From an uncultured delta proteobacterium (GTDB taxonomy: Bacteria > Desulfobacterota > WTBG01 > CAIYCZ01): DNA of 64,000 nt. The translations under genes and the position numbers were made by a program. Shown here piece by piece: positions 31,297 to 40,903 of the stretch; position 1 is the stretch's first letter, and each line of letters begins with the position of its first letter. The stretch lies in contig CAWDOY010000001.1 of the NCBI GenBank assembly GCA_963803975.1, positions 128,001 to 192,000 on the forward strand, given 5' to 3'. The notes beneath the pieces were generated by a model. It was given only the letters and a program-made list of their open reading frames with translations, ran no database searches and was not told where the DNA came from.

Positions 31297-31881
31297 TCAT
31301 TTTTTTCGAAGAGCATCCCCCAGCTTTTTGCCAGCATCTTCCGCGCGATTTATGACCTCGGGCATGTCATCGACATCATTCATGCCAATTGCCTCTGCAA
31401 TTTTATCTACAAGGTTCAGCCTATGGGAGCCTCCCATACAAAGTGTTAGTTCCTCTATCGTCTTTTCGTGGCCTGCCCCGGCAACAGTTGTTACAACCAC
31501 GCCGAACTTCCCTGCAAGAGGCCGCTGCCCCATAAAGGGCATATCAGGGTCATACATAGGGCCGATACCCCGGTAGTAAAGAGCCAGACTCCTGTCAATA
31601 AAACATTTAACAGCACCAGAGATGTTCATAAAGTAAGTCGGTGAACCGAGAATAATCGCATCAGCACCCAATAATTTTCCGTAGAGTCCCTGCATATCAT
31701 CCTCTATGGGGCACTTCCCTTCATTCATCATACATTCAGAGCATCCGGTACAGGGCTTTATTTCAAGTTTGCCCAGTTCTACAATTTCATAATCGACCCC
31801 GGATGCTTTAGCAATTTTTTTAACCAGCTTGTTTGTATTACTTTCTTCCCTTAAACCTCCACAAATAGCTAAAATTCTCAT
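31297..31881 (-). CDS. Iron-sulfur flavoprotein / flavodoxin family (NADPH-dependent FMN reductase)
   Basis: ILAICGGLREESNT, PCTGCSEC....CPIEDDM, ADAIILGSPTY, KCFIDR. Confidence 0.85.
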   Translation of the reverse strand: MRILAICGGLREESNTNKLVKKIAKASGVDYEIVELGKLEIKPCTGCSECMMNEGKCPIEDDMQGLYGKLLGADAIILGSPTYFMNISGAVKCFIDRSLALYYRGIGPMYDPDMPFMGQRPLAGKFGVVVTTVAGAGHEKTIEELTLCMGGSHRLNLVDKIAEAIGMNDVDDMPEVINRAEDAGKKLGDALRKK

Positions 31882-32121
31882 AACGCATTCCTCCTGTTTT
31901 AATAAGGTCTATGATCTTTTGTTTGATAGAAACTGCCTTGTCATCTACAGGTGTAGAATTTTGCCAAGCCACTGATCATTTTATTGTTACATTGCCTGCG
32001 TTCACAACCGTTTGAGTAATCTGCCAAACTTCTTTATCTATTTTCCCTTGTCAGCCTGAAAGTGGTTACGTTGTACGGGTCAGGGCAGACACCGTGGTCA
32101 CCATGGAGCGACCAATGGCGT

Positions 32122-33153
32122 CTATTCCGTGACAATAGAGACAGCCGGTAATGAGATCAATGAGGCCGGCCGAATGGTATGTAAACAATGATAATAGTTT
32201 ACCAGCCAGTCATTAGACCAACCAAAGAGAGTAGTCTTGCGCACAATGGTCATGACTTCGGCTCGCGTAATTTTGGCTTCAGTCAAAACTACCTTGATAT
32301 TGTTGCGACTAACGGCCAGCGTCTTAACCGCGAACAACAGAGGCCACATACAAGCCAAGCGTATTCCATGCTGCCGCCGGGGCAAGCTCGTAATGTAGCT
32401 TAGCCCATACTGCAAATGAGCTTCTGCTTTGTTGGCCAATTGATCGATCACCTGGCTGATCTTGGCTGCATTTTCCTGGGCCAAAAGACTGTCTCGCGTT
32501 AAACCAAGCGGTTCGTAAAAAGTGCGGGGTACATACACCCACCCCCGGTCATAGTCCTTGCGCAACCCGCGAATGATATTTACTGTTTGTAATGCCAGGC
32601 CAAAATGGCGAGACAAGGGCAGCAACCTGGCTTTCCGTTTCATGATGACCGGTGAATACCAGGCGAAAAGATTGGTCAGCAGATAGCCCACACGCCCCGC
32701 CACTTGGTGCATATAGTCGTCCAGTTCCTCTTCATTATGCACCTCGGGACCATGCTCTTGCCAACGGGCCATGCCCAACGAGGTTTGGTTCACATGGCTG
32801 ATAATGATCTCTTGAACTGCCGGCGGAAGCAGGCGCAGTCGTTCGAGAAGTTGTCCGGCGTGTTGGGCAACATACACCTCGGGATTACTTTCATCCAGAT
32901 GTGCAATCGCGCTCGTCAGAGAAGCCGCCGGCATGGTGTCAGCTAGCACCCGGGCCCAAAGGCGCAACAGTTCCGCTTTGCGCGCCGCGGCCAAAAGATC
33001 ATTGTCTTCGAGACAATCCGAAACCCGCAACAGCAAATAGGCCATCGTGACCGCGTCGCGCAGAATCAGGGGGAGCCGCTCGATGGAAAGGGCAAAGGTT
33101 CGACTTACGGCACGCAGCATTTCATTGGGGTGCATGTTAATTACTCCAGCCAT
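32122..33153 (-). CDS. Squalene/phytoene synthase family protein (squalene-synthase type)
   Basis: VSRTFALSI, YLLLRVSDCLED, LDDYMHQVAGRVG, FGLALQTVNIIR, GWVYVP, KITRAEV. Confidence 0.85.
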   Translation of the reverse strand: MAGVINMHPNEMLRAVSRTFALSIERLPLILRDAVTMAYLLLRVSDCLEDNDLLAAARKAELLRLWARVLADTMPAASLTSAIAHLDESNPEVYVAQHAGQLLERLRLLPPAVQEIIISHVNQTSLGMARWQEHGPEVHNEEELDDYMHQVAGRVGYLLTNLFAWYSPVIMKRKARLLPLSRHFGLALQTVNIIRGLRKDYDRGWVYVPRTFYEPLGLTRDSLLAQENAAKISQVIDQLANKAEAHLQYGLSYITSLPRRQHGIRLACMWPLLFAVKTLAVSRNNIKVVLTEAKITRAEVMTIVRKTTLFGWSNDWLVNYYHCLHTIRPASLISLPAVSIVTE

Positions 33154-33426
33154 GTTTTAGTCGTTTTTTGGACAAGTGCAGCTCTACTAAAATTACATAC
33201 CACACTTTGACACGCAAGCTGTATTTTTAGAAAAGTAATGCATTCATCTGGTAAGCAGTAAAGGAGAGGCAAGAGTGCGGAAGCGGATAGATATCAGAAG
33301 TCGCGCATTTTGAGCAATGAACTGACACCACAATATATGGGCACAAAAAGCAGGGCTGATTAAAAACCTTCAAGGATAGATTTATCACTATCCATTGCAT
33401 GCAGAGGATTTGATATAATTCTAAAA

Positions 33427-34665
33427 CTAAAATTTATATCCTGCTCCAAAAGCTATTAGGTGTGCATCCCCAGTGTGTATTCTGCTTTTAAGTACTCCAT
33501 CAAGAGGTCGTGCATCATAATTGCGATCCTTGATGCGAATGTAGGTATAGGATAAATCTACTGACCAGCAATCCCAGTGTACCCCGAAGCCGCAATCGAA
33601 GTGCTGCTGGTCATCCATTGGCACCAGGTAATCCACCGTACTCTTTGGAATGGGTGTGTTGTCATATACATAACCAACCCGTAGATCCAGCATACGGGTG
33701 AGCGCATACTCAAGGCCTATCTGATAGCGCCATACATCGTGCCAGTTTTTATATTTTGTTAGTTTATCTAGGCCAACGATACCGTCATCGAAATTGATTG
33801 TCACGTGATCAAAGGACCGCCAGCGGGTAAATATGGCATCAAATTCAACAGTCACTCGGTTGAGAGGCTTGAACACGACACCCAGGGAATATTCGTCTGG
33901 CAACATTAAATCTGCATGAATCGGTCCGTCGCGAAAGAGTTTGTGCAGCAGGTCGGGTTTGATGAAATCAGCGCGGCCATCAAGATTATGCTTTATCTTG
34001 CTGCGGTAGGTGATGCCCATTGCCATCCAGTCACAAATCTCATAACGAAGTCCGAGATTAAAGCCCCAGCCGTATGAGTGGCATCTTAATGTTGAACCTA
34101 CGTCAACGAGAGGAATCTTCTGCTGAAGCTTTACATCAATCCGCATTAGAGAGAAACCGCCGGCAACAGAAAAACGGTCGGTGATTTTGTACGCAATGTT
34201 GGGGTTTATTTCAAAGCTTTTGAGAAAAGCATTATAACTATTATAACGGCCAGCCCAATCATCTTTAAATTCCGTTCCCAAACCAAACCGGGGAAAAACA
34301 CCAACACCAAACCATAGGCAATCGTTTTTTTGATAGGTGAGATATCCATAAGGCAGGGAAAACCAGTTACTCTCCAGTTCGGCGTCTTCTCTGGTGCCTA
34401 AAAAATCGGTTGTTACATGATTTCTGGGGTGGATCATTGTTCCCCCTCCAGCGATCTGCAGGCCGGGCAACTGGGTAATGCCCGCAGGATTGTAAAAAAT
34501 GGCGGATGGATCATCTGCCCGCGCAATCAGAGCTGCACCAAGAGCATTGCCTCGGGCGCTTCCTGCATAAAGTGCAAACCCGGCACTATAGGATTCTTTC
34601 TCCGTTATAAACAAAAAGGTAAGAATCAGAATAATTCGAAGGAAGATGGTGAAAAGCTCTTTCAT
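33427..34665 (-). CDS. OmpP1/FadL-family outer-membrane transporter
   Basis: AGFAL..SARGNALG.A..ADDPSAIFYNPAG hatch motif; INPNIAYK; C-terminal YKF. Confidence 0.9.
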   Translation of the reverse strand: MKELFTIFLRIILILTFLFITEKESYSAGFALYAGSARGNALGAALIARADDPSAIFYNPAGITQLPGLQIAGGGTMIHPRNHVTTDFLGTREDAELESNWFSLPYGYLTYQKNDCLWFGVGVFPRFGLGTEFKDDWAGRYNSYNAFLKSFEINPNIAYKITDRFSVAGGFSLMRIDVKLQQKIPLVDVGSTLRCHSYGWGFNLGLRYEICDWMAMGITYRSKIKHNLDGRADFIKPDLLHKLFRDGPIHADLMLPDEYSLGVVFKPLNRVTVEFDAIFTRWRSFDHVTINFDDGIVGLDKLTKYKNWHDVWRYQIGLEYALTRMLDLRVGYVYDNTPIPKSTVDYLVPMDDQQHFDCGFGVHWDCWSVDLSYTYIRIKDRNYDARPLDGVLKSRIHTGDAHLIAFGAGYKF

Positions 34666-34846
34666 GATTTAATTTTGAACGAAATTGCGATGAGTAAAAA
34701 GTTTGTGCTCCGTAATGGAGAAAGGTTACCCTGTTTTTTATTTACCATTCTTTTTTTCTTCTTCCAATCATATATTTCAAGTTTTACCGATCAGTTAAGA
34801 TTTCTCCACTATGAAGGACTACGAAGAAGATAAGAAATGGTAAACA

Positions 34847-34875
34847 AAAAACTCCCAAAGAAAAGGGGAGTTTTT
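34847..34875. terminator. Bidirectional intrinsic terminator
   Basis: AAAAACTCCC..GGGAGTTTTT. Confidence 0.55.
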
Positions 34876-35011
34876 AATTAAGATATCTTAATATAGTGTT
34901 GAACAGCTTATGCAAAGATGGGCTTGCGCTTAATAACCGTAGTCTGCAGGTCAACTGCTCGACGTTTAGTCACGCCCAATACAGTATTCTACGCGTGATG
35001 CTTTTCACGCA

Positions 35012-36268
35012 TTACCGGCAGGATTCCCGCTCTGCATCAAGGTCATAGTTCTTTTTGAGCCAGTCAAAATCCATGGCATTGGCCTGGGCGCAGAACTCGG
35101 CCGTATCTAACTCATACTCAACACCAAATACCGCCTTCCCGGCCTTAACAAACGGCAGCAGCATATCACATTCATCATACTCAAAGCACTGCTCGTTGAG
35201 CGCCCAGTCAAAATCATCAACCAGCTGCGATACCTGATCGAGATCATTTTTCAGACCAACCGACAGTTCGCGGGCATGGGCGTGCTCTGCCAGCCAACGG
35301 TTAAACTGCAACTGATCATTTGCCGTCAGTGGAAATCCGCTATCATTGGTGTAGGCATCAACATTATCCGGCTCGACGCCGTCGCAACCCTTGCTCACCG
35401 CCATATCGAGCCGTGCATCGATCAGGGGCCCCAGGACATCAATATTTCGTATATCCAGCCACTTTTCATCCGGCCAGCCTTCAAGCGCTTTGCCCTTCAC
35501 TGACGAGGGGTATTTGTCGGCATCCGGCCGCCAGTCTTCCCAGCTACCCGCGGAAAAATAACAAATAACTATGCGCCCGTCATTATGAAGCTGTTCGATG
35601 AGACTTGCGGAGCTGTCAAACAGGTCGATATCATACATGTCCACATCAAATGAGGTGTCAATCGTGCCGGTAAGCTGCCACTGCCAGCTGGTGCCGGGCC
35701 TCGGCTTCCAGACAGTGGCCGGGGGATTCGTGCAGTTATCGACTATGCCGTCGCAGTTATTGTCTATGCCATCATCACACACCTCCTGAGTTCCTGGGTG
35801 CATTGCAGCATTGCTGTCATCGCAGTCGCCGCTTTTTGCCACATATCCAGCGGGTGCTGAACACGCAGGTGTTGACTCTACTGTATTGCCGTAACCGTCA
35901 CCGTCTAGGTCACGGTAAAATGTAATTTTCAAACCCTCATCAATCTGGCCGTCACAGTTATTATCCACTCCATCGCACACTTCCGTTGCTCCGGAATACA
36001 CATTGGGGTCTGCGTCATTACAGTCAACTTCTGGTCCCACAAGCTGACACGTGAGGTAATAGCCTGCTCCCGGCTGCGACAGTGAGCAAACCTTGATGCC
36101 GTCAGAATAACCGTCGCCATCGGCATCCCGGTACCATGGCAGCTGCAATCCGGGACAGCTTTGAGTGCCATCGCACGGGTCCTTGCAGCCCACGGCACAG
36201 CACACCATTGCAGCAGCAAACAGAACATACAAACTACATCTTCCGGTAAGCATGTTTATTTCTTTCAT
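35012..36268 (-). CDS. GH114 endo-alpha-1,4-polygalactosaminidase lipoprotein with MopE-like Cys/Asp repeats
   Basis: Lipobox AVGC; D-DGDGY / DCND-DP / E-CDG-DNNCDG repeats; WQWQL, ICYFSAGSWEDWRPD, DGVEPDN, GLKND, NEQC..Y.EC. Confidence 0.88.
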   Translation of the reverse strand: MKEINMLTGRCSLYVLFAAAMVCCAVGCKDPCDGTQSCPGLQLPWYRDADGDGYSDGIKVCSLSQPGAGYYLTCQLVGPEVDCNDADPNVYSGATEVCDGVDNNCDGQIDEGLKITFYRDLDGDGYGNTVESTPACSAPAGYVAKSGDCDDSNAAMHPGTQEVCDDGIDNNCDGIVDNCTNPPATVWKPRPGTSWQWQLTGTIDTSFDVDMYDIDLFDSSASLIEQLHNDGRIVICYFSAGSWEDWRPDADKYPSSVKGKALEGWPDEKWLDIRNIDVLGPLIDARLDMAVSKGCDGVEPDNVDAYTNDSGFPLTANDQLQFNRWLAEHAHARELSVGLKNDLDQVSQLVDDFDWALNEQCFEYDECDMLLPFVKAGKAVFGVEYELDTAEFCAQANAMDFDWLKKNYDLDAERESCR

Positions 36269-36369
36269 GCTCGTATATCACCATCGTATTTATCAGGGCA
36301 CAAAAGCTATGCAGCACCTTCTGCCTGGTTGTGATCTGCCCTTATATGGTCTTTCGATAATCAACCCGA

Positions 36370-37882
36370 TCACTGCTGATTCCGAACACTCCCACTCGTT
36401 ATCATCAGTGCGTCCACTTCGAATTTGTTTTGGTCATAGTCCCACTCTTGACTGCAGATGTCACCGCAGGGATTATACCTTAAGCCGGATACTGGATCTA
36501 TGGCTGAGCTGACCATAGAAGCGGCCCATAAGTCAACTACGACTGCGTAGTAATGCCCTACCTTAAGTGAAGGCTCGAGGATATAGGTCTTCCCCGCAAG
36601 CCCAGTCGAAGTGTGTTCAGTTGGCATTATACCTGATTCGGGCGACAGGGACTTCATTCCACTCATCCTCTTCGCTCGCTATTGTGTTGGGAGCATCCTT
36701 GCCATAGGTCTCGCCGCTGCCCAAGTCAATCACACGCACGCGCCTTTCCCCCTATTGCAGGTGCCAGTATGGGTCTCTCCGGTGTCGATGATGTTGCAAC
36801 CCACTACGGTGCGCGGCACAACATCAGTGCTCGGGTCTGCTTTCACCAGAAAGTACTTTGCAATCATGACTTGAGCATACGTATTCCCATCCAGCAGCCT
36901 GCTGCATTTAAACACTCGGTATGAACTTCCAACCAAATGCTGGGCTGTAATAACAAGTAGGTCGCAATGACCTTCACATGAGGCGTTATTTACAGATGAG
37001 GCAAGTTTATCGAGCATTTCCAACGTCGAAGTAATTCGAATCAAGCTGCTCGTCGGGTTTTACAATCCATTTGTCTGTTCCTGCGGTCCACGTGAGGACT
37101 GGTTTGATCGCATAGCGAGAGAAGTGCGAGATCTGGGCGGATGCGCTCGTGTTTGCCTGGTTAACGCTCGTCTCAACATAGTACGGCATGATACTCAGTA
37201 GGGGTGCCACGGGATCGTTGGGATCATCCTGCGCAGGAGGATCGTAGTACTCGTCAAGGGATACTATTGTCACCTCATCAGGCTCATAGCCCTCAGGAAG
37301 ATCCTCTTTTGCGTAATCGATGGTGAGGGTGGCCGGCTTTGTAAACTGCAGGCCGTTTGGCTCCATTAGGTAGGCTGGCCCTACAAGGTTCTCATCTCCT
37401 GTAACCTCTGATATGGATACCTGGGTATTGTTCTCAAGCGCCCCTGCTGGAATCTCCAGGTGTGCTTTTCCCACTGCGATGGTGCCACCGCTCTGACCGA
37501 TAGTTGCGGTACTCGGTGCAGACACTGATGTGGTGGTGGTTGATGGCCCACCCTCTCCAATGGTTATCGTGATCTCATCAGAACCGACTTTCCCTTTAGA
37601 ATTGGTTGCCCTGACCATTATAGTATGCTCTCCCGGGCTGATTGCATCGGTCTCCATTTCAGTCCCCGTGCCCAGGATGGTGTCTTCGCTGTCTGCATAC
37701 CAAACCACGGATTCACCAGAGAGCTCTCCATCCATCCGGTCTGTCGCCTCACACTTAAAGACAATCGTTGCCCCCTCATCAAACGTGGCACCGTCTTGCG
37801 GCTCTGTGATGGTAACCTTTGGAGCACAGGCGGTACAAATAACCATCAAAACGAATAATAATAACCCAATGGCTTTTTTCAT
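36370..37882 (-). CDS. Surface lipoprotein with Ig-like and ZU5-like domains (3' part split into ORFs 36730-37044 and 36370-36666; true end uncertain)
   Basis: Lipobox CTAC; VTITEP-DG..LG-G..PGEHTI Ig module; Thr-rich linker; IGQSGG..LEIPAGAL..P-GLQFTKPATLTI..ISHFSRY. Confidence 0.65.
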
Positions 37883-37954
37883 AAGGACCCCCTTTCATAA
37901 TTTTAAGGTTATGGTATTGAAATACTCCTTCTGCGATCAGTATCGCTTTATGGA

Positions 37955-37996
37955 AAAATAAAAAACCCCCATCAGTACATAGACTGATAGAGGTTA
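37955..37996 (-). terminator. Intrinsic terminator in the leader of the ZU5 lipoprotein gene
   Basis: Minus strand CCTCTATCAGT-ctatgt-ACTGATGGGGG-TTTTTTATTTT. Confidence 0.65.
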
Positions 37997-38040
37997 AATT
38001 TCTCACCCAAAAAATCATCTTCAGTGATATTCCCAATCAT
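37972..38040 (-). CDS. Putative 22-aa leader/small peptide MIGNITEDDFLGEKFNLYQSMY
   Basis: GGAGGTG SD 4 nt before ATG; directly after a consensus promoter; stop codon lies in the terminator 3' arm. Confidence 0.45.
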   Translation of the reverse strand: MIGNITEDDFLGEKFNLYQSMY

Positions 38041-38064
38041 GGGACACCTCCGATTTACATAAAA

Positions 38065-38092
38065 ATTATACTCCCTGCATAATAGCTGTCAA
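38065..38092 (-). promoter_or_regulatory. Sigma-70 promoter with consensus hexamers
   Basis: Minus strand TTGACA-16 bp-TATAAT. Confidence 0.65.
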
Positions 38093-38241
38093 TTAAAAAA
38101 GATAAATAAACCTATATATTGTAGTGAGAATTGGAGGGATAAAAGTGCAGCTTATGTATCAGATGTCTTTAGTCCAGACAAGTGTAGATTACAAACGATA
38201 ATAGCAAAAATATCAACTACTGAAAACTCACGATTACGTCT

Positions 38242-38290
38242 ATAAATGCAGTCTGCAGTAGGAGTCTGATTTAGTCCGCTTTATCAGAAG
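38242..38290. repeat. 49-bp direct repeat, copy B
   Basis: 44/49 identical to 29906-29954. Confidence 0.85.
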
Positions 38291-38365
38291 CAGTTTTTAC
38301 TATTTCAGATTAAATTCAACTTAGGTTCTGTGAGTGCGGGGTTACGTACTGGTTTCTACAAATAA

Positions 38366-38397
38366 GTACGGGCAGATTATGTAACATCTGCCCGTAC
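38366..38397 (-). terminator. Terminator after the PotD-like gene
   Basis: Perfect 12-bp inverted repeat GTACGGGCAGAT / ATCTGCCCGTAC followed by TTATTT on the minus strand. Confidence 0.65.
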
Positions 38398-38434
38398 CTG
38401 TTAACAGCGTCATGCAGCAAAATATGCTGCTACG

Positions 38435-39539
38435 TTATTTCTTGTCCCGCAGCTTTTTTGCTTCCTCCCACATCTCGCCGAATGCCTTTTCGGTCTTTTC
38501 GCTCATGACCTGCCAGATGGCAACCGTCTTAAAGTAATTGTTATTGCCGACATTAAACAGGACCTTCTCTTCCGGGGTCACGAGGTCACCCACATTGTTG
38601 ACCACCGGGGAGACGCCCTGCTGCTTGACCACTGCAGCCTGGAATGTTGGGGACAGCTGCAGGTTGATCCACTCCTCACACAGTTTTTTCTTCTGTCCTT
38701 TAGCTGCCTGGGTAATGCACCAGTAGTCGATCCAGGCAGAGCCGCCTTCTTTTGCGGTCGCCAGCTTCCAGTGGCCGCCCTTCTGGTTTGCTTTTACTAC
38801 GGCAAATCCCCATGTGGTTGCCAGGGACAATTGAGGAAACTCATCAGCATTGGCTTCCCCGTCCCAGAGGCTTTTTGCGCCCTTTGCCAGTTCATTCAGT
38901 TTAGGTTGAATTTTGTTTCGGTCAAGCTTATCAATGTCAAAAATGTCCGCGTACTTATAGCCCAGCGCAAGGGCTGTTATCCAGATGTTGACTTTATGGA
39001 AGTTGTTATTGATGGTGTACTTGCCGGCATATTCCGGATTCCAGAAGATATTCCAGCTTGCCGGAGCCTCTTTTATAACGTCAGTGTTGTACGCCAGTCC
39101 ATAGGGGCCGCAGTTGTACGGGAGGCCATAGCGTTTATCCCCGCTGGTGAGCGATTTGTCTGCTTTGAAAAACGGCAGCATGTGTTTGGCATTGGGAATA
39201 TTTTTCATGTCAAGGGGAGATCAGCAGTACGCTGCCTTTGGTGAAGCAGTAGAACCGGGGAGTTTTCGCCATATCAGCCGGGGGTGAAATCATGTCCGCG
39301 GTACCGTTCTTGGCAGCGTTATAAAAATCTTCCTGGCCGGTGGCGTACGTGGTTTTTACCTCCACGTCCATTTTATATTTTTCTTTCACCAGGCTCTTAA
39401 AAGCTTCAATAACCGCCTTGTCGGCATAGCCTTCCCAGCAGGTGATGTTTATGGTTTCCGCTGCTGCGAACGTTGTCCCGGGCAGTCCTGCCAGCGCGAG
39501 CACCACGGCTGCCAGCATCATGAGAATTAAATTTTTCAT
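38435..39539 (-). CDS. Orphan PotD/PotF-like extracellular solute-binding protein (frameshift near 39210)
   Basis: Signal peptide ending TFA; INITCWEGYAD; YGLPYNCGPYGLAYNTD..PASWNIFWNPEYAGK; KEGGSAWIDYW; AAGGAGG RBS. Confidence 0.8.
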
Positions 39540-39718
39540 AGAGTCCTCCTTTAGCGGTTAATAATAATTGAATAGCGGCTCTTTCTGGTGCAGACACCTC
39601 ATGTTTCTGCGTTCACAGAAGAGCATACCCTTGCCTGAAGGCGACAGCCATACTGTTGATGTAATGGCTTATGCATCACCCCCTCTCACTTACGTCACGA
39701 TTGCCATCTTAAGATATA

Positions 39719-40736
39719 TTACCAGCGGCTTGCAATAATGCCGCTGCAAAACGACAGAAGTCCGATACCCAGCAGAACCGGCGAGAGATAAAACCATGCA
39801 GGCTCTGTCGCTTTTGTGTATTCAACGGTCCGCGCATGTTTCACGATGGCTTCCACTACCCGGTCTTCGCACCGTTCTTCACTGACCCGGAAATAGCTGC
39901 CGCCGGTAGCCGCGGCAATCTCCTTCAGCGTATCTTGCTCGATCCGGGTCTTCAGATAGGTACCTTCTTCGTCCGTGTAGTAGTCGACAATAGAGGTGCC
40001 CTCCGCGTCCCGTATGGGAATGAGCACACCCTGTCCCATGCCGGTGCCGATGGTGTATATGAATAATTCCCAGGGCAGCCGCACGCCGGGCCGCCTCAAC
40101 GAGTGCCGACGGATCATCGCTGATGTCCTCGCCGTCCGAAATGAGGATAAGCGCCCGGGCCCGTTTTACGGAAACGTCGGCAAGGAGCGCGACCCCGGTC
40201 ATTATTGCCTGGCCCAGATCGCTTCCGGGTATGGTAATGGTTGTATCATTTAAATGTTTCAGCAGATACTGGCAGTAGCCGTAGTCAGTTGTGGAGGGTA
40301 TTACCTCAACGCCCCTGCTGGCAAACATGAAGACCCCCACACGCTCGCCCCTGAGCGCTGAGAGGATATTCAGCGCGCAGTAGCGGGCGCGGTTGAGCCG
40401 GTTGCGCACGGGAAACAGCTTTTGCCCTTCCGGCGGAATCATTTCATCTTCTGCGAGCATTGATTTTGAGACATCAATGCCGAGCGCGATGTCAATGCCG
40501 CCGCGATTGAAGACGGTCCGCAGGTACTGCAGCTTCGGCTCAGCCAGGCACAGAATCAGTGCTATGAGGCTGATGCTTAAAAACAGGGTTGCTGCCGCAA
40601 AGGAAGCAAGGCTCTTTTTTTTGCCGGCAAACCTGACCAGCCACTGTGATGCAGTCCGATACGAAATCAGGGCGCAGCACACAAACAATGGCAGGATAAG
40701 CAGCAGCCAGATATATTCGGGATTGTCGAGCGCCAT
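39719..40736 (-). CDS. VWA-domain membrane protein, MxaL/BatB-like (frameshift near 40065)
   Basis: P---WLLL BatA-type N-terminus; CLAEP; MIDAS DVSKSM..NRL..PSTTDY..ISDGED; IYTIG-GT; C-terminal TM. Confidence 0.8.
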
Positions 40737-40746
40737 TCTGCACAAC

Positions 40747-40902
40747 CTATCAGGCTGTTGAAAAATACCCATCTGCTTCGTTGCGCTCATTCCTCGTCAT
40801 TGCGACGTACGGTACAGTACGTCGCTTTCTTCAGGATTTCGCGTGCCGTGCGTCTGGATGTTTATGACCAGCCCGGGAGAAAACTACTTTTACAACAACC
40901 CG
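40747..40902. mobile_element. MITE-like element, copy 2, between two operon genes
   Basis: CTATCAGGCTGTTGAAAAA..GACGTAC..GTACGTC..TTTATGACCAGCCCG..TTTTACAACAACCCG; collinear with 3745-3904. Confidence 0.7.
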
Positions 40903-40903
40903 C

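Noticed and set aside
28840..38300. Integron cassette array (all genes on one strand, repeated motif)
   Set aside because: No intI, the repeats lack RYYYAAC/GTTRRRY attC ends, and the genes have long promoter-containing spacers.
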